Assembly: GCA_937936805.1 (NCBI GenBank)
Contig: CALDDP010000110.1
Coordinates: forward strand, 1-46,034
Source: an uncultured Gammaproteobacteria bacterium
Lineage (GTDB): Bacteria; Pseudomonadota; Gammaproteobacteria; GCA-001735895
Reading direction: 5' to 3'
Length of the DNA stretch: 46,034 nt
Made by a program: the position numbers and the translations under genes. Numbering within the stretch: the first letter of the stretch is position 1; each line of letters opens with the position of its first letter. Under the pieces are notes generated by a model. The model did not search any database. It was given only the letters and a program-made list of their open reading frames with translations, and was not told where the DNA came from. Positions 29,948 through 39,786 of the stretch are shown piece after piece.

Positions 29948-30622
29948 ATGACAAGCAGACTCGAAATTTCGCGTAACGGCCTGTGGAGCAACAATGTTGC
30001 CCTGGTGCAACTGCTCGGGCTTTGTCCATTGCTGGCAGTCACCAGCACCGTGGTAAACGGGGTTGGCCTCGGTATCGCCACGCTGATTACGCTGCTGCTG
30101 TCGAACACGATTGTTTCGCTGATCAGGGGCTTCGTGCGCAACGAAGTAAGGCTGCCGGTATTCGTTTTGATCATCGCCTCGGTCGTCACCATAATCGAAT
30201 TGACGATGCAGGCCATGTTCTACGATCTCTACCTAGTACTCGGCATATTCATCCCGCTCATAGTCACTAATTGCGCGATCATCGGTCGAGCCGAGGGATT
30301 TGCATCACGCAATCCGGTAGGTCCGGCCGCCCTGGACGGTTTAATGATGGGCTTCGGTTTCCTGGTCGTGCTGGCACTGCTTGGTGGTATGCGTGAAATA
30401 ATCGGATTTGGCACCCTGTTTGCCAACGCTGAATTGATGTTCGGAGAGGGCGCCCAATCTCTGAAGCTCGAAATCAACCCCGATTACTCGGGATTCCTGC
30501 TGGCAGTGCTGCCACCGGGGGCATTCTTCGGCCTGGCGATCCTGATAGCCGCCAAGAACTGGCTGGATCTGCGCCCACAGGAAAAAACAGAAATAGTTGC
30601 GCCAGCGCCTGAAAGTGCATGA
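29948..30622 (+). CDS. rnfE: Rnf/Rsx complex subunit E
   Basis: [28 protein letters not shown]. Confidence 0.96.
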   Translation: MTSRLEISRNGLWSNNVALVQLLGLCPLLAVTSTVVNGVGLGIATLITLLLSNTIVSLIRGFVRNEVRLPVFVLIIASVVTIIELTMQAMFYDLYLVLGIFIPLIVTNCAIIGRAEGFASRNPVGPAALDGLMMGFGFLVVLALLGGMREIIGFGTLFANAELMFGEGAQSLKLEINPDYSGFLLAVLPPGAFFGLAILIAAKNWLDLRPQEKTEIVAPAPESA

Positions 30623-31254
30623 ATTCAGACAAGCGATACGAGATTTTTTCGCGTTTACGCGAACACATCAAACAACCCCGTTCAGAGCTTGAATACCGAT
30701 CGAACTTCGAACTGCTGATTTCGGTGTTGCTGTCGGCGCAGGCTACTGATATCAGCGTCAACAAAGCCACCGCAAAGCTGTACCCGGTGGCGAACACGCC
30801 GCAGAAAATGCTGGCGCTCGGTGAAGCCGGCGTGAAGCAGTACATCAAGACCATCGGACTATTCAATTCGAAAGCAAAGAATATCATTGCTACCTGCAAG
30901 ATCCTGCTTGAGCAGCATGATGGCGTTGTACCCGATGACCGCCAGTCCCTGGAAGCGCTACCCGGCGTGGGGCGCAAAACCGCGAACGTGATTCTGAATG
31001 TCGCTTTCGGTCAGCCAACGATTGCGGTAGACACGCATATTTTCCGCGTTTCCAACCGCACCGGTATCGCACCTGGAAAGGATGTTCTCGCGGTAGAGAA
31101 GAAACTGCTCAAATTCGTCGCTGACGAGTTCAAGCTAGATGCTCACCATTGGCTTATCCTGCACGGGCGCTATACCTGTATCGCACGCAATCCACGCTGC
31201 GGTAGCTGTATCATCGAGGACCTGTGCGAATTCAGGCAGAAGAATATTGATTAG
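30619..31254 (+). CDS. nth: Endonuclease III
   Basis: LLSAQATD, Hh[16 protein letters not shown] and C-terminal Fe-S motif CxxxxxxCxxCxxxxxC. Confidence 0.98.
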   Translation: MNSDKRYEIFSRLREHIKQPRSELEYRSNFELLISVLLSAQATDISVNKATAKLYPVANTPQKMLALGEAGVKQYIKTIGLFNSKAKNIIATCKILLEQHDGVVPDDRQSLEALPGVGRKTANVILNVAFGQPTIAVDTHIFRVSNRTGIAPGKDVLAVEKKLLKFVADEFKLDAHHWLILHGRYTCIARNPRCGSCIIEDLCEFRQKNID

Positions 31255-31264
31255 AGAAAGGTAA

Positions 31265-31681
31265 ATGTTGCAGTCACGTGATGAAGCGCGCCAGGTATAT
31301 CTCGACGTGTGGCACAAGATCCAGCAAAACCTGGTGCTGGAACCGATGGAAGCATTGATCGCAGATATCATCGAAATCCACCCCGAGTACCATGCGCTGC
31401 TTGGCGCCGGCGATGACATCAGGCAAGAGGAATTTACTCCGGAGCAGGGGCAGACCAATCCTTTTCTGCATATGGGCATGCATATCGCGCTGCGCGAGCA
31501 GGCTGGCACGGACAGGCCCGCGGGCATCAGGAAAATACACCAGAAACTGGTCAGCAAGCAGGGCCCGCATGAAGCGGAACATGCAATGATGGAATGTCTC
31601 GGCCAGACGTTGTGGACTGCCCAGCGCAACAACCAGCCTCCGGACGAAGCCTCTTATCTCGACTGCCTGCGAAGGTTATAA
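31265..31681 (+). CDS. DUF1841 family protein
   Basis: HPEYH, NPFLHMGMH, HEAEH. Commonly follows nth. Confidence 0.85.
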   Translation: MLQSRDEARQVYLDVWHKIQQNLVLEPMEALIADIIEIHPEYHALLGAGDDIRQEEFTPEQGQTNPFLHMGMHIALREQAGTDRPAGIRKIHQKLVSKQGPHEAEHAMMECLGQTLWTAQRNNQPPDEASYLDCLRRL

Positions 31682-31745
31682 AACTGAGATTTACCTGACA
31701 TTGATTCGGCTATAAGCTAGCAACCTGAGGAGCTGGATCGACGCC

Positions 31746-32834
31746 ATGGCTGACCCATTCAAACTGCTTGTATTACCCGGCGACGGCATCGGTCCCGAAG
31801 TGGTGGCGGCGGCGCTGAGAGTATTCGAGAAGCTTTGCCGGCTCGAGCAGATCGAAACCGAAATCAGACACGACCTGCTGCACGGCGCTGCCTGGGAAAA
31901 ATACGGTAGCTTTTGTCGCGATGAAACCGTGGCTAGCGCACGGCAGTCCGATGCCCTGTTGATTGGCGCTGTGGGCGGCGCACAGTGGGACAACCTGCCG
32001 CCAGATGGTGCTACCCCGGCCGAGCGTGACGGGTTGTTGCGTATGCGCGAAGAACTGCAGACCTATGCCTGCCTGCGTCCATCGCGTGCCTACAAGCCCC
32101 TGCTCACTCGCACTCCATTCAAGCCCGAAGTCGTTGCCGGAGCAGATATCCTGGTCTTGCGCGAACTCTGCGGCGGCCTCCCTTATGGTACCCCGCGCGG
32201 TATCGACAAGCTCGACGACGGCAGTTTTCAGGCTTACGACGCAAACTTTTACAGCAGCGAAGAAATCCGTCGCTGCGCGGTGGTGGGATTCGAAGTTGCG
32301 GCAAGTCGTCGCGGCAAGCTAACCTCGATCGACAAATCCAACGTCATGGAAAGCGGCATTCTGTGGCGTCGTATCGTTAGCGAAACAGGCGTCGATTATC
32401 CCGCGATCGAACTCGAGCATCTGTATGCCGATAACGCGCTGTATCAAATGATGCAGCGCCCGACGGATTTCGACGTGGTACTGGCCGACAATATATTCGG
32501 TGATCTGGCCTCCGACCTGGTAGCGAGTTATGCCGGGTCGCTAGGCATGCTACCCTCGGCTTCATTATGCGGTTTGAACTCGGGCAAACCGGCAATTTAT
32601 GAGCCGGTACACGGCACCGCGCCCGATATAGCGGGCCAGGGGATTGCCAATCCAATCGGAACTATTCTTAGCGTTGCAATGATGTTCGACTACAGCATGC
32701 AACGTAAGGACCTGGCCTGTCGTATCGAAAATGCGGTCGAACAATGCCTACTGGTGGGTGTAATGAGTGCAGATCTCGGCGGCAGCGCGTCAACCGATCA
32801 AGTCTGTGAACAAATTCTTTCAGCATTGAATTAA
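31746..32834 (+). CDS. 3-isopropylmalate dehydrogenase-like beta-decarboxylating dehydrogenase (divergent)
   Basis: LPGDGIGPEV, DKSNV, NIFGDLASD and EPVHGTAPDIAG are present. The usual RELTGGIYFG reads RELCGGLPYG. Confidence 0.85.
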   Translation: MADPFKLLVLPGDGIGPEVVAAALRVFEKLCRLEQIETEIRHDLLHGAAWEKYGSFCRDETVASARQSDALLIGAVGGAQWDNLPPDGATPAERDGLLRMREELQTYACLRPSRAYKPLLTRTPFKPEVVAGADILVLRELCGGLPYGTPRGIDKLDDGSFQAYDANFYSSEEIRRCAVVGFEVAASRRGKLTSIDKSNVMESGILWRRIVSETGVDYPAIELEHLYADNALYQMMQRPTDFDVVLADNIFGDLASDLVASYAGSLGMLPSASLCGLNSGKPAIYEPVHGTAPDIAGQGIANPIGTILSVAMMFDYSMQRKDLACRIENAVEQCLLVGVMSADLGGSASTDQVCEQILSALN

Positions 32835-32843
32835 AGAGCAATT

Positions 32844-34448
32844 ATGACTGACTCCAGCGATATGAATGTAGGTGAAGCCACCATAGCACTACTCGAAAAA
32901 TATGGCGTTGATACACTCTTCGGTATTCCCGGGGTGCACACGCTCGATTTTTGCAAGGGGCTCAATCGAAGCCCCATCCGGCACGTGCAGGCGCGCAACG
33001 AACAGGGCGCCGGTTTCATGGCCGACGGTTATGCCCGCGTGTCGGGTAAGCCGGGGGTTGCGCTGGTTATTTCCGGCCCCGGCGTTACCAATACGCTGAC
33101 CGCGATCGGACAGGCCTATGCCGACAGCATTCCGGTACTGATGCTCTCCGCCGACGCGGCCAGTTACACACTCGGGAAAGGCTGGGGGTGTCTGCATGAA
33201 GTTCCCGGCCTGACCGACACCACCGCACCGCTCACGGCATTTTCCGCGACCGCGATGACCGCGGAGGAAGTTCCCCGCCTGATCGCGAAGGCCTTTTCAG
33301 TTTTCGCCAGCGAGCGCCCGCGCCCGGTGCATATCGCGATTCCCATCGACGTCCTGGCAATGCCGGCAACGCGTGACTGGCAGGCAATCGAACTGCCCAC
33401 ACGACCGGCACCGACAGCGATGAAAATCGAGCGCGCCTGTGAACTGTTACGCGGTGCCGAACAACCCATGATCTGCGTCGGCGGTGGCGCCTGGATGGCC
33501 AGCGAGGCGATCACGGAAATCGCAGAAAAACTTGGCGCGGCGGTGATTGGCAGTACTGCGGGCAAGGGTGTCATCGACGATTCACACCCGCTTTCGCTGA
33601 GTGCCGGTACGGTGCGCGGCGAAGTCCAGCGCTACCTGAAAAATGCGGATGTAGTACTCGCGATCGGCACCGAACTCTCCGAAGTCGACAGCTTCGTCGA
33701 AACGCTCGAAATCAACGGCAAGATAATACGGATCGACCTCGATCCGCGCAAAATGAATGATCTTTATCCAGCCGAAGTCGCCATAATCGGTGGCGCTAAA
33801 GCCAGTGCGGAGGCGATCGCCCGGAAGCTGGGCGATGTCGATGTGCGTAGCGAAACCGTCGCCGAAGTGGCCGCGATTCGTAAGGACATTCGTAACAATT
33901 TAAGCGCCAGTGAAGTCCGCCATTGCAAAACCCTGGATGTACTGCGGGCTGTCCTGCCCGCCGATACCATCGTTATGGGCGATATTTGCCAGCTGGTTTA
34001 CACTGGCGCTTTTGCTTTCGACGTGCCGAAGCCTAAACTCTGGCATTACCCGGCCGGCTATTGCACGCTGGGTTGCGGTTTACCGGATGCTATCGGCGCC
34101 AGTCTCGCCCTGCCGGAGGCGCCCGTCGTCAGCTTCGTCGGCGACGGTGGTTTCATGTTTACCGTACAGGAACTGGTTACCGCGGCCGAGCTGAAGCTGG
34201 CACTGCCCATCATCCTGTGGAACAACGAGGGTTTAAAACAGATTCAGGATGATATGAAACTGCGCGACATCGAGCTGGTTGGCGTCACCGGAATCAATCC
34301 GGACTTCATCGCGCTGGCAAAATCCTGCCACTGCCATGCCTGCAAGGTTGACAGCGCACAAGGTCTCCAGGATGCCGTTAACGCAGCGTTTAAAGCCGAT
34401 CGCCCCACCCTGATCGAAGTAAACGAATTCGCTTCGTGGCTAAACTAG
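32844..34448 (+). CDS. ThDP-dependent decarboxylase, 5-guanidino-2-oxopentanoate decarboxylase (AruI)-like
   Basis: FGIPGVHT, RNEQGAGFMADGYAR, GPGVTN...GQAYADSIP and ThDP motif GDGGFMFT...WNN. Confidence 0.8.
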   Translation: MTDSSDMNVGEATIALLEKYGVDTLFGIPGVHTLDFCKGLNRSPIRHVQARNEQGAGFMADGYARVSGKPGVALVISGPGVTNTLTAIGQAYADSIPVLMLSADAASYTLGKGWGCLHEVPGLTDTTAPLTAFSATAMTAEEVPRLIAKAFSVFASERPRPVHIAIPIDVLAMPATRDWQAIELPTRPAPTAMKIERACELLRGAEQPMICVGGGAWMASEAITEIAEKLGAAVIGSTAGKGVIDDSHPLSLSAGTVRGEVQRYLKNADVVLAIGTELSEVDSFVETLEINGKIIRIDLDPRKMNDLYPAEVAIIGGAKASAEAIARKLGDVDVRSETVAEVAAIRKDIRNNLSASEVRHCKTLDVLRAVLPADTIVMGDICQLVYTGAFAFDVPKPKLWHYPAGYCTLGCGLPDAIGASLALPEAPVVSFVGDGGFMFTVQELVTAAELKLALPIILWNNEGLKQIQDDMKLRDIELVGVTGINPDFIALAKSCHCHACKVDSAQGLQDAVNAAFKADRPTLIEVNEFASWLN

Positions 34449-34553
34449 GCAATCGCTGATGGCATCCTGTAAGCACTGCGCAAATGGCAAATGGTGGCCA
34501 GGCATGCTCAATTTTCTGAGGCGGGGAACGTCCGCCCGCAACGCTAAGCTGCG

Positions 34554-36269
34554 ATGAAGCCCCGACCATACCAGACCATTCAGCGCATGCTGTCTATATC
34601 GCTGGTGGGGCTTGTCGTCGGGCTGACGACGGCCTTTGCAACCATCGGATTCGTCGAGCTGGTGCACTACCTGAGCGATATTCTCTACGTCAGCGCATCG
34701 TCCCGCGCCGGAGTAGAAAACGGGCACCTCTGGTTAATCACTATCGCAAGCCTGACTATCGGCGGACTGGTGGTAGGCCTGATCCTGCAATACGGCGTCG
34801 AACAGCAGGAACCTGTCGGGCCTCAGGATGCGATTTATGCGGTCCAGTTGCACGAACGCCTGCCTTCACCCGTGTCAGGCATGTCATCCACCATCGCCGC
34901 AATCCTGTCACTGGGCTGTGGTGCCTCGGTCGGGCAGTATGGTCCACTAGTTTACCTTGGCACGCTGGTCGGTCAGCTCGCAAATCGTTTGCGCTTGATT
35001 GACGCGCGCAACATCGCTATCGCCTGTGGTGTTGCCGCGGCGATATCGACCGCCTTCAATGCGCCGATCGCCGGACTGATTTTCACCCACGAAGTTATTT
35101 TGCGCCACTACTCGCTGCGTATGTTTACCGCGGTCACCATTGCCAGTGCCTGCGGATACCTGGTCGCAAACGTGATCTTCCAGCATCCGCCGTTGCTGTT
35201 GATTGAATTCGCCGGCAGTTTTCGAGGGGTGGAATTTTTTCTGTTTGCCCTGCAGGGTATAACCTGCGGGATGCTGGCGGTTTTATTCCTGAAAATGCTT
35301 AAACATACCGTTTTATTAGCTAAGCGCATCAACACGCCGCCTGCCCTAAAACCAATGTTCGCGGGGTTTCTCCTGTCTCTGGTCGCTATGCAGATTCCGG
35401 AAGTACTGGGGGCCGGACAGGCGGTTTTCAACCAGGCGATACAGGGCGGTGTCTACAGCGCCGATTCGTTACTGTTGATACTGGTCGCCAAACTACTGGT
35501 CACGGTACTATGCATCGGTTTTGGTTTTGCCGGCGGAGTCATATTCCCCTCCCTGTTGATTGGAGTTCTGTTCGGTGCGCTGTTCGCGTTGCTGGTGCCG
35601 GAAATGTTACTGGAGAACTATTCCGGCATATCGACTTACGCAATTTGCGGTATGGTCGCCATTATGAGCCCGATAATCGGTGCACCGATGACAGCCCTGC
35701 TACTCGTATTCGAACTTACGCGTAGCTATGAAATCACGGTTGCCGCGATGGTTGCGATCGTGTTTGCGAACCTGACGGCTTACAACTGGTATGGTCGCTC
35801 CCTGTACGACTACCAGCTCAAGGTACGGGGCATCGATCTTTCCATGGGTCGCGAACGAGCTTACCTGTTGCATCACAAGGTGGCCCAGCACGCCACCGCG
35901 TCACTCCCCGTGGTGCGGCAAACCGCAGATCTCGGTGCACTGCGCCTGCAAATGAACGAGAACTCGAGTGCAACCGCGGTTATTGTGGACGACGACAACA
36001 GATACCTGGGGCAGATTTTTCAACGTCAACTGTACGAGCTCGATGACGAAGCCACTATCGGCTCGATCGAACTTCAGCAGGGCAGTACATTTACTGAAAA
36101 CACCAGTATCTGGGAGGCGATGGAAATCATGCGCAGCTACTTTGGGGAGGCTATCGCGGTCGTTGATTCCGCTAGCGGTTTATACCTTGGTGCAGTTGCC
36201 GAAGCAGTCGTTATCAATGCTTATCTCGATGCGGCCGAGGATCTGCGTCGCGAAGAATATGAGGTGTAA
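34554..36269 (+). CDS. ClC-family anion channel/transporter with C-terminal CBS domains
   Basis: GASVGQYGP, AFNAPIAG, GFAGGVIFP, APMTA...FELT and a CBS-like tail. Confidence 0.88.
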   Translation: MKPRPYQTIQRMLSISLVGLVVGLTTAFATIGFVELVHYLSDILYVSASSRAGVENGHLWLITIASLTIGGLVVGLILQYGVEQQEPVGPQDAIYAVQLHERLPSPVSGMSSTIAAILSLGCGASVGQYGPLVYLGTLVGQLANRLRLIDARNIAIACGVAAAISTAFNAPIAGLIFTHEVILRHYSLRMFTAVTIASACGYLVANVIFQHPPLLLIEFAGSFRGVEFFLFALQGITCGMLAVLFLKMLKHTVLLAKRINTPPALKPMFAGFLLSLVAMQIPEVLGAGQAVFNQAIQGGVYSADSLLLILVAKLLVTVLCIGFGFAGGVIFPSLLIGVLFGALFALLVPEMLLENYSGISTYAICGMVAIMSPIIGAPMTALLLVFELTRSYEITVAAMVAIVFANLTAYNWYGRSLYDYQLKVRGIDLSMGRERAYLLHHKVAQHATASLPVVRQTADLGALRLQMNENSSATAVIVDDDNRYLGQIFQRQLYELDDEATIGSIELQQGSTFTENTSIWEAMEIMRSYFGEAIAVVDSASGLYLGAVAEAVVINAYLDAAEDLRREEYEV

Positions 36270-37100
36270 GTGATGGAGTTGTATCAATTGATTATCAACC
36301 AGGCCGCCAACGCGCTCGATGAGGATGTCGGCAGTGGTGACATTAGCGCGAACCTGATCGATGCCGAGGCCTGGCTGGAGACCGAGTTGCTGGTTCGTGA
36401 AGACGCAGTGCTCTGTGGCTGCCAGTGGTTCGACGAAGTTTTTCGCCAGTGCGATGAAAAGATAAGTACGCAATGGCATGCCGGCGATGGCGACCAGATC
36501 ACTGCAAACAGCGTGGTCTGTGAGGTTTCCGGTCCAGCGCGTGGCCTGCTGACAGCAGAACGCAGTGCGTTGAATTTCCTGCAAACACTCTCCGGCACCG
36601 CAACCCTGACACGAGCCTATAGCGACCGAATCAAACATACCCGGTGCAAAATTCTCGACACGCGGAAAACCATTCCGCAACTGCGAGTAGCCCAGAAGTA
36701 CGCCGTGCTCTGCGGCGGGGGTAGCAATCATCGTATCGGTCTGTTTGATGCCTTCCTGATCAAGGAAAATCATCTTGCGGCCTGTGGTGGAATTGCGAAC
36801 GCCGTGACGCGGGCCAGGGAGACGCACCCGGACAAGTTTCTCGAAGTTGAGGTAGAGGACCTGGAGCAGTTGCGACAGGCAATCGATGCCGGGGTCGAAC
36901 GCGCCCTGCTCGATAATTTTTCGCTTGCAGATATGCAACGTGCCGTCGAGCTCAATCAGCAACGCATCGAACTTGAGGCGTCGGGCAATATCGAAAAAGA
37001 CAAACTGGCGCAGATCGCTGCTAGCGGGGTTGATTATATTTCGATTGGCGCATTGACCAAAAACCTGCGCGCGATCGATTTCTCGCTACGCTACCGTTGA
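36270..37100 (+). CDS. nadC: Nicotinate-nucleotide diphosphorylase (quinolinate phosphoribosyltransferase)
   Basis: EDVGSGDI, ERSALN, DTRKT, NHR, LIKENH, LLDN, EASG. Confidence 0.97.
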   Translation: MMELYQLIINQAANALDEDVGSGDISANLIDAEAWLETELLVREDAVLCGCQWFDEVFRQCDEKISTQWHAGDGDQITANSVVCEVSGPARGLLTAERSALNFLQTLSGTATLTRAYSDRIKHTRCKILDTRKTIPQLRVAQKYAVLCGGGSNHRIGLFDAFLIKENHLAACGGIANAVTRARETHPDKFLEVEVEDLEQLRQAIDAGVERALLDNFSLADMQRAVELNQQRIELEASGNIEKDKLAQIAASGVDYISIGALTKNLRAIDFSLRYR

Positions 37101-37397
37101 TTGAAGACCCCCATGGACAACCAACCACAGGCTGCCCCGGGGATCGCCGACAGTCGATAATATCCTCGCACTAACCCCGGCAAATTTACCATTCGCTTAA
37201 AATGTGCGTAGCCCAAACCGCCCTATGCGCAAAATCTATAGCAGACGTTGGTTAATTCAATTTTCCTAGCGGCGCAGACTGGCATAAAATGTTAACCAGC
37301 TGGCAGTTAACCATGTTACCGTAAATATTTCTGCTATTATCCTTAATTAACAACCACATAGCACAATAACTTAACGACCTATCGTAGGAGCCCAGGC

Positions 37398-39110
37398 ATC
37401 AACGGCAGTCTTATTCTGATCAACCTGATCGGTGGTGTAGCCCTGTTACTATGGGGCCTGCGCATGGTGCGCGTAGGAATTTCTGATAGCTGGGGCAGCG
37501 AAATACGGAGCGCGCTGGGAGCCAGCCTGAATAATCGATTCAAGGCATTTCTGTCCGGCCTCGGCGTAACCATGCTGTTACAGAGCAGCAGCGCTACCGC
37601 GTTGCTGACCGCATCGTTCAGCGGCCAGGGCATCCTGACTACCGCAACCGCACTTGCCGTATTACTTGGCGCCGACGTCGGCACTACCATAGTCGCGCAG
37701 ATTCTGACCTTTGATTTATCCGCATTGTCACCCGTGATGATTGCACTTGGCGTAGCGTTGTTTACCTATTCGAGTGGAGGACGGACCAAGGATGTCGGTC
37801 GGCTGACGCTCGGCATAGGCATGATGTTGCTGGCACTGAAATTGATCGTGGCGGCGTCGCTGCCGATGCGCGAGTCCGTAATCATCCAGCAGATATTTGT
37901 CGCCCTGGGCGAAGACCTGGTGCTGGCGGTCCTCTTCGCCGCAATCATTGCCTGGGCTTCACATTCCAGCCTGGCCACCGTGCTTCTGATAATCGCACTC
38001 GCCAGCACCAATTCGCTCGATATCACCGTCGCTTTTACTTTCGTGCTCGGTGCCAATATCGGTAGTGCGATTCCTCCAATTATCGCTACGCTGGGCGCGA
38101 ACCGTACCACCCGACAGCCACCACTGGGTAATTTGTTGTTTCGAATATGCGGCGTCGTCATCGTTTTGCCTTTCATTGGCGTGATTGCACAACAGCTGTC
38201 TGCGCTCGAAATCAGCCACGCCCGCCAGATTGCTAATTTTCATATGCTCTTCAATCTGCCCCTGGTGATAGTATTCTTTCCCCTGATCGACCGCATGGTT
38301 TCACTTACCGAGCGCATGATTCCGAAGGACGCGGTCGAGGTCGATGAAATGAAACCCCGGGAACTGGACCGAAGCGCATTCGAAACACCTTTGGTAGCAC
38401 TGGTTAACGCCGAACGCGAAGTCCTGAGAATGGGGGAGGTGGTCGAGCGAATGCTGCGTAACGCCTTTATTGCACTCAAGAAAAATGACCATGAACTGGC
38501 GCAGAAAACTCGCAAAATGGACCAGTTAACCAACCAGATGTACGATAACGTCAAGCGCTATCTGACCGCATTGGCCCGTGAAACGCTGGGCGAAAACGAA
38601 AGCCGCCGTTGCACTGAAATTCTAAATTTCGCGACCAACCTTGAACACATCGGCGACATCATTTCGGGCGAACTGGTACACAACATACTGAGTAAAAAAG
38701 TAGCCACACGCAGCAAGATGTCGCTGCAGGACCGAGAGGATATCAATAATTTATACCAACCCATACTGGTGTCTTTCCAACTGTCACTGAGCGTATTTAC
38801 TTCCGGCGATGTACAGATGGCGCGACAACTGCTGGCCAAAAAATACAAGTTCATCAAGCGTGAGAAAAAAGCGGTTCTGAATCATCTCGAAAAACTGCGC
38901 GACGACGCGACCTACGATTCGAGGCTTAGCGCATTGCAACTCGACGTACTGCGCGACCTCAGGCGAATCAATTCGTATCAGACTGCGGTCGCTTACCCGA
39001 TCCTCGAAGAAGCCGGGCATCTGCGCAGCAGCCGCCTGCGCAGCCGCAAATCAGCGGCTAATACGCCTATGCAGATAGATGACTCCAGCGAACCCTCGAC
39101 GAGCAGCTAA
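37398..39110 (+). CDS. Na/Pi cotransporter family protein with PhoU-like C-terminal domains (apparent ATC start; first in-frame ATG at 37464)
   Basis: LQSSSAT, LGADVGTT, HSSLA, GANIG, ANFH..FN, NLEHIGDII. A family-like N-terminus begins at ATC 37398, 7 nt after AGGAG. Confidence 0.88.
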   Translation: MNGSLILINLIGGVALLLWGLRMVRVGISDSWGSEIRSALGASLNNRFKAFLSGLGVTMLLQSSSATALLTASFSGQGILTTATALAVLLGADVGTTIVAQILTFDLSALSPVMIALGVALFTYSSGGRTKDVGRLTLGIGMMLLALKLIVAASLPMRESVIIQQIFVALGEDLVLAVLFAAIIAWASHSSLATVLLIIALASTNSLDITVAFTFVLGANIGSAIPPIIATLGANRTTRQPPLGNLLFRICGVVIVLPFIGVIAQQLSALEISHARQIANFHMLFNLPLVIVFFPLIDRMVSLTERMIPKDAVEVDEMKPRELDRSAFETPLVALVNAEREVLRMGEVVERMLRNAFIALKKNDHELAQKTRKMDQLTNQMYDNVKRYLTALARETLGENESRRCTEILNFATNLEHIGDIISGELVHNILSKKVATRSKMSLQDREDINNLYQPILVSFQLSLSVFTSGDVQMARQLLAKKYKFIKREKKAVLNHLEKLRDDATYDSRLSALQLDVLRDLRRINSYQTAVAYPILEEAGHLRSSRLRSRKSAANTPMQIDDSSEPSTSS

Positions 39111-39117
39111 ACCGGCG

Positions 39118-39541
39118 ATGAAATACGGAATCTGTGACAAAGGCATTCTTTGCCTGTTACTGGCATTGCTCGCGTTGACGGTGCAGGCCTCCGAAGAAAA
39201 GAAAATCAGCGCGCAACAGGCAGCCACTGCATGGCTAAAACTGGTAGACGAGCGGCAGTACCGGGAGTCATGGGAAGAGACCGCAATCCTGTTCAGGGCA
39301 CAGGTGAACGCCAGTACCTGGGTGCAGCAAATGACAGCCCTGCGACAGCCCATGGGCGATGCCAGCAGCCGCATACTGCTCGGTGCGACCTACGCTACCA
39401 GCCTGCCGGGTGCGCCGGACGGAGAATACGTGGTGCTTCAGTTTAAAACCGTGTTCGAGCATAAGTAAAGATGCGATTGAAACCCTGACGCCGATGCTGG
39501 ATAACGGGCAGTGGCGCGTGGCCGGCTACTACGTACGCTGA
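39118..39541 (+). pseudogene. DUF4019-family exported protein, frameshifted near the 3' end (or sequence error)
   Basis: The first frame reads AWLKLVD...Y..SW...LPGAPDGEYVVLQF.T.FEHK and stops at 39466. The family C-terminus KDAIETLTPM...WRVAGYYVR continues in the +1 frame. Confidence 0.8.
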
Positions 39542-39786
39542 ATTCGGCGGCAAACAGTTTAGACGAGGTCGGACCCGGCTCGATATCTTCGCTTTCAACC
39601 AACGCGGCCGGCATATTCATGCAAAGCCTGGATACATTCTCTTCGAGCAAAGCGGCTACCAGGGACAACCCCTTCCGTGTTTTCAGATATCGATTGCATA
39701 ACTTGAACCGGTAACGATCGGGATCAGCCAGGTTTAAGGTAAAAAAGAAACTATAATCCTGTTAACCAGAATTGAGGGAAATACTT

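Noticed and set aside
34460-34475. TGGCATCCTGTAAGCA as a sigma54 promoter for the ClC gene
   Set aside because: The GG-N10-GC spacing fits, but the -12 element is AAGC rather than TTGC, which is too weak without further support.
36180-36962. 260-aa antisense ORF over nadC, and many similar shadow ORFs throughout the window
   Set aside because: They lie opposite or within well-supported genes and carry no motifs, which is expected from codon bias in moderately GC-rich DNA.
37279-37297. CTGGCATAAAATGTTAAC as a Pho box
   Set aside because: The second half-site does not match CTGTCA at 11-nt spacing.
39438-39714. Short ORFs on both strands between the DUF4019 gene and the hypothetical gene
   Set aside because: They have no ribosome-binding site or recognisable motif and overlap the DUF4019 3' end; they are probably spurious or a decayed remnant.
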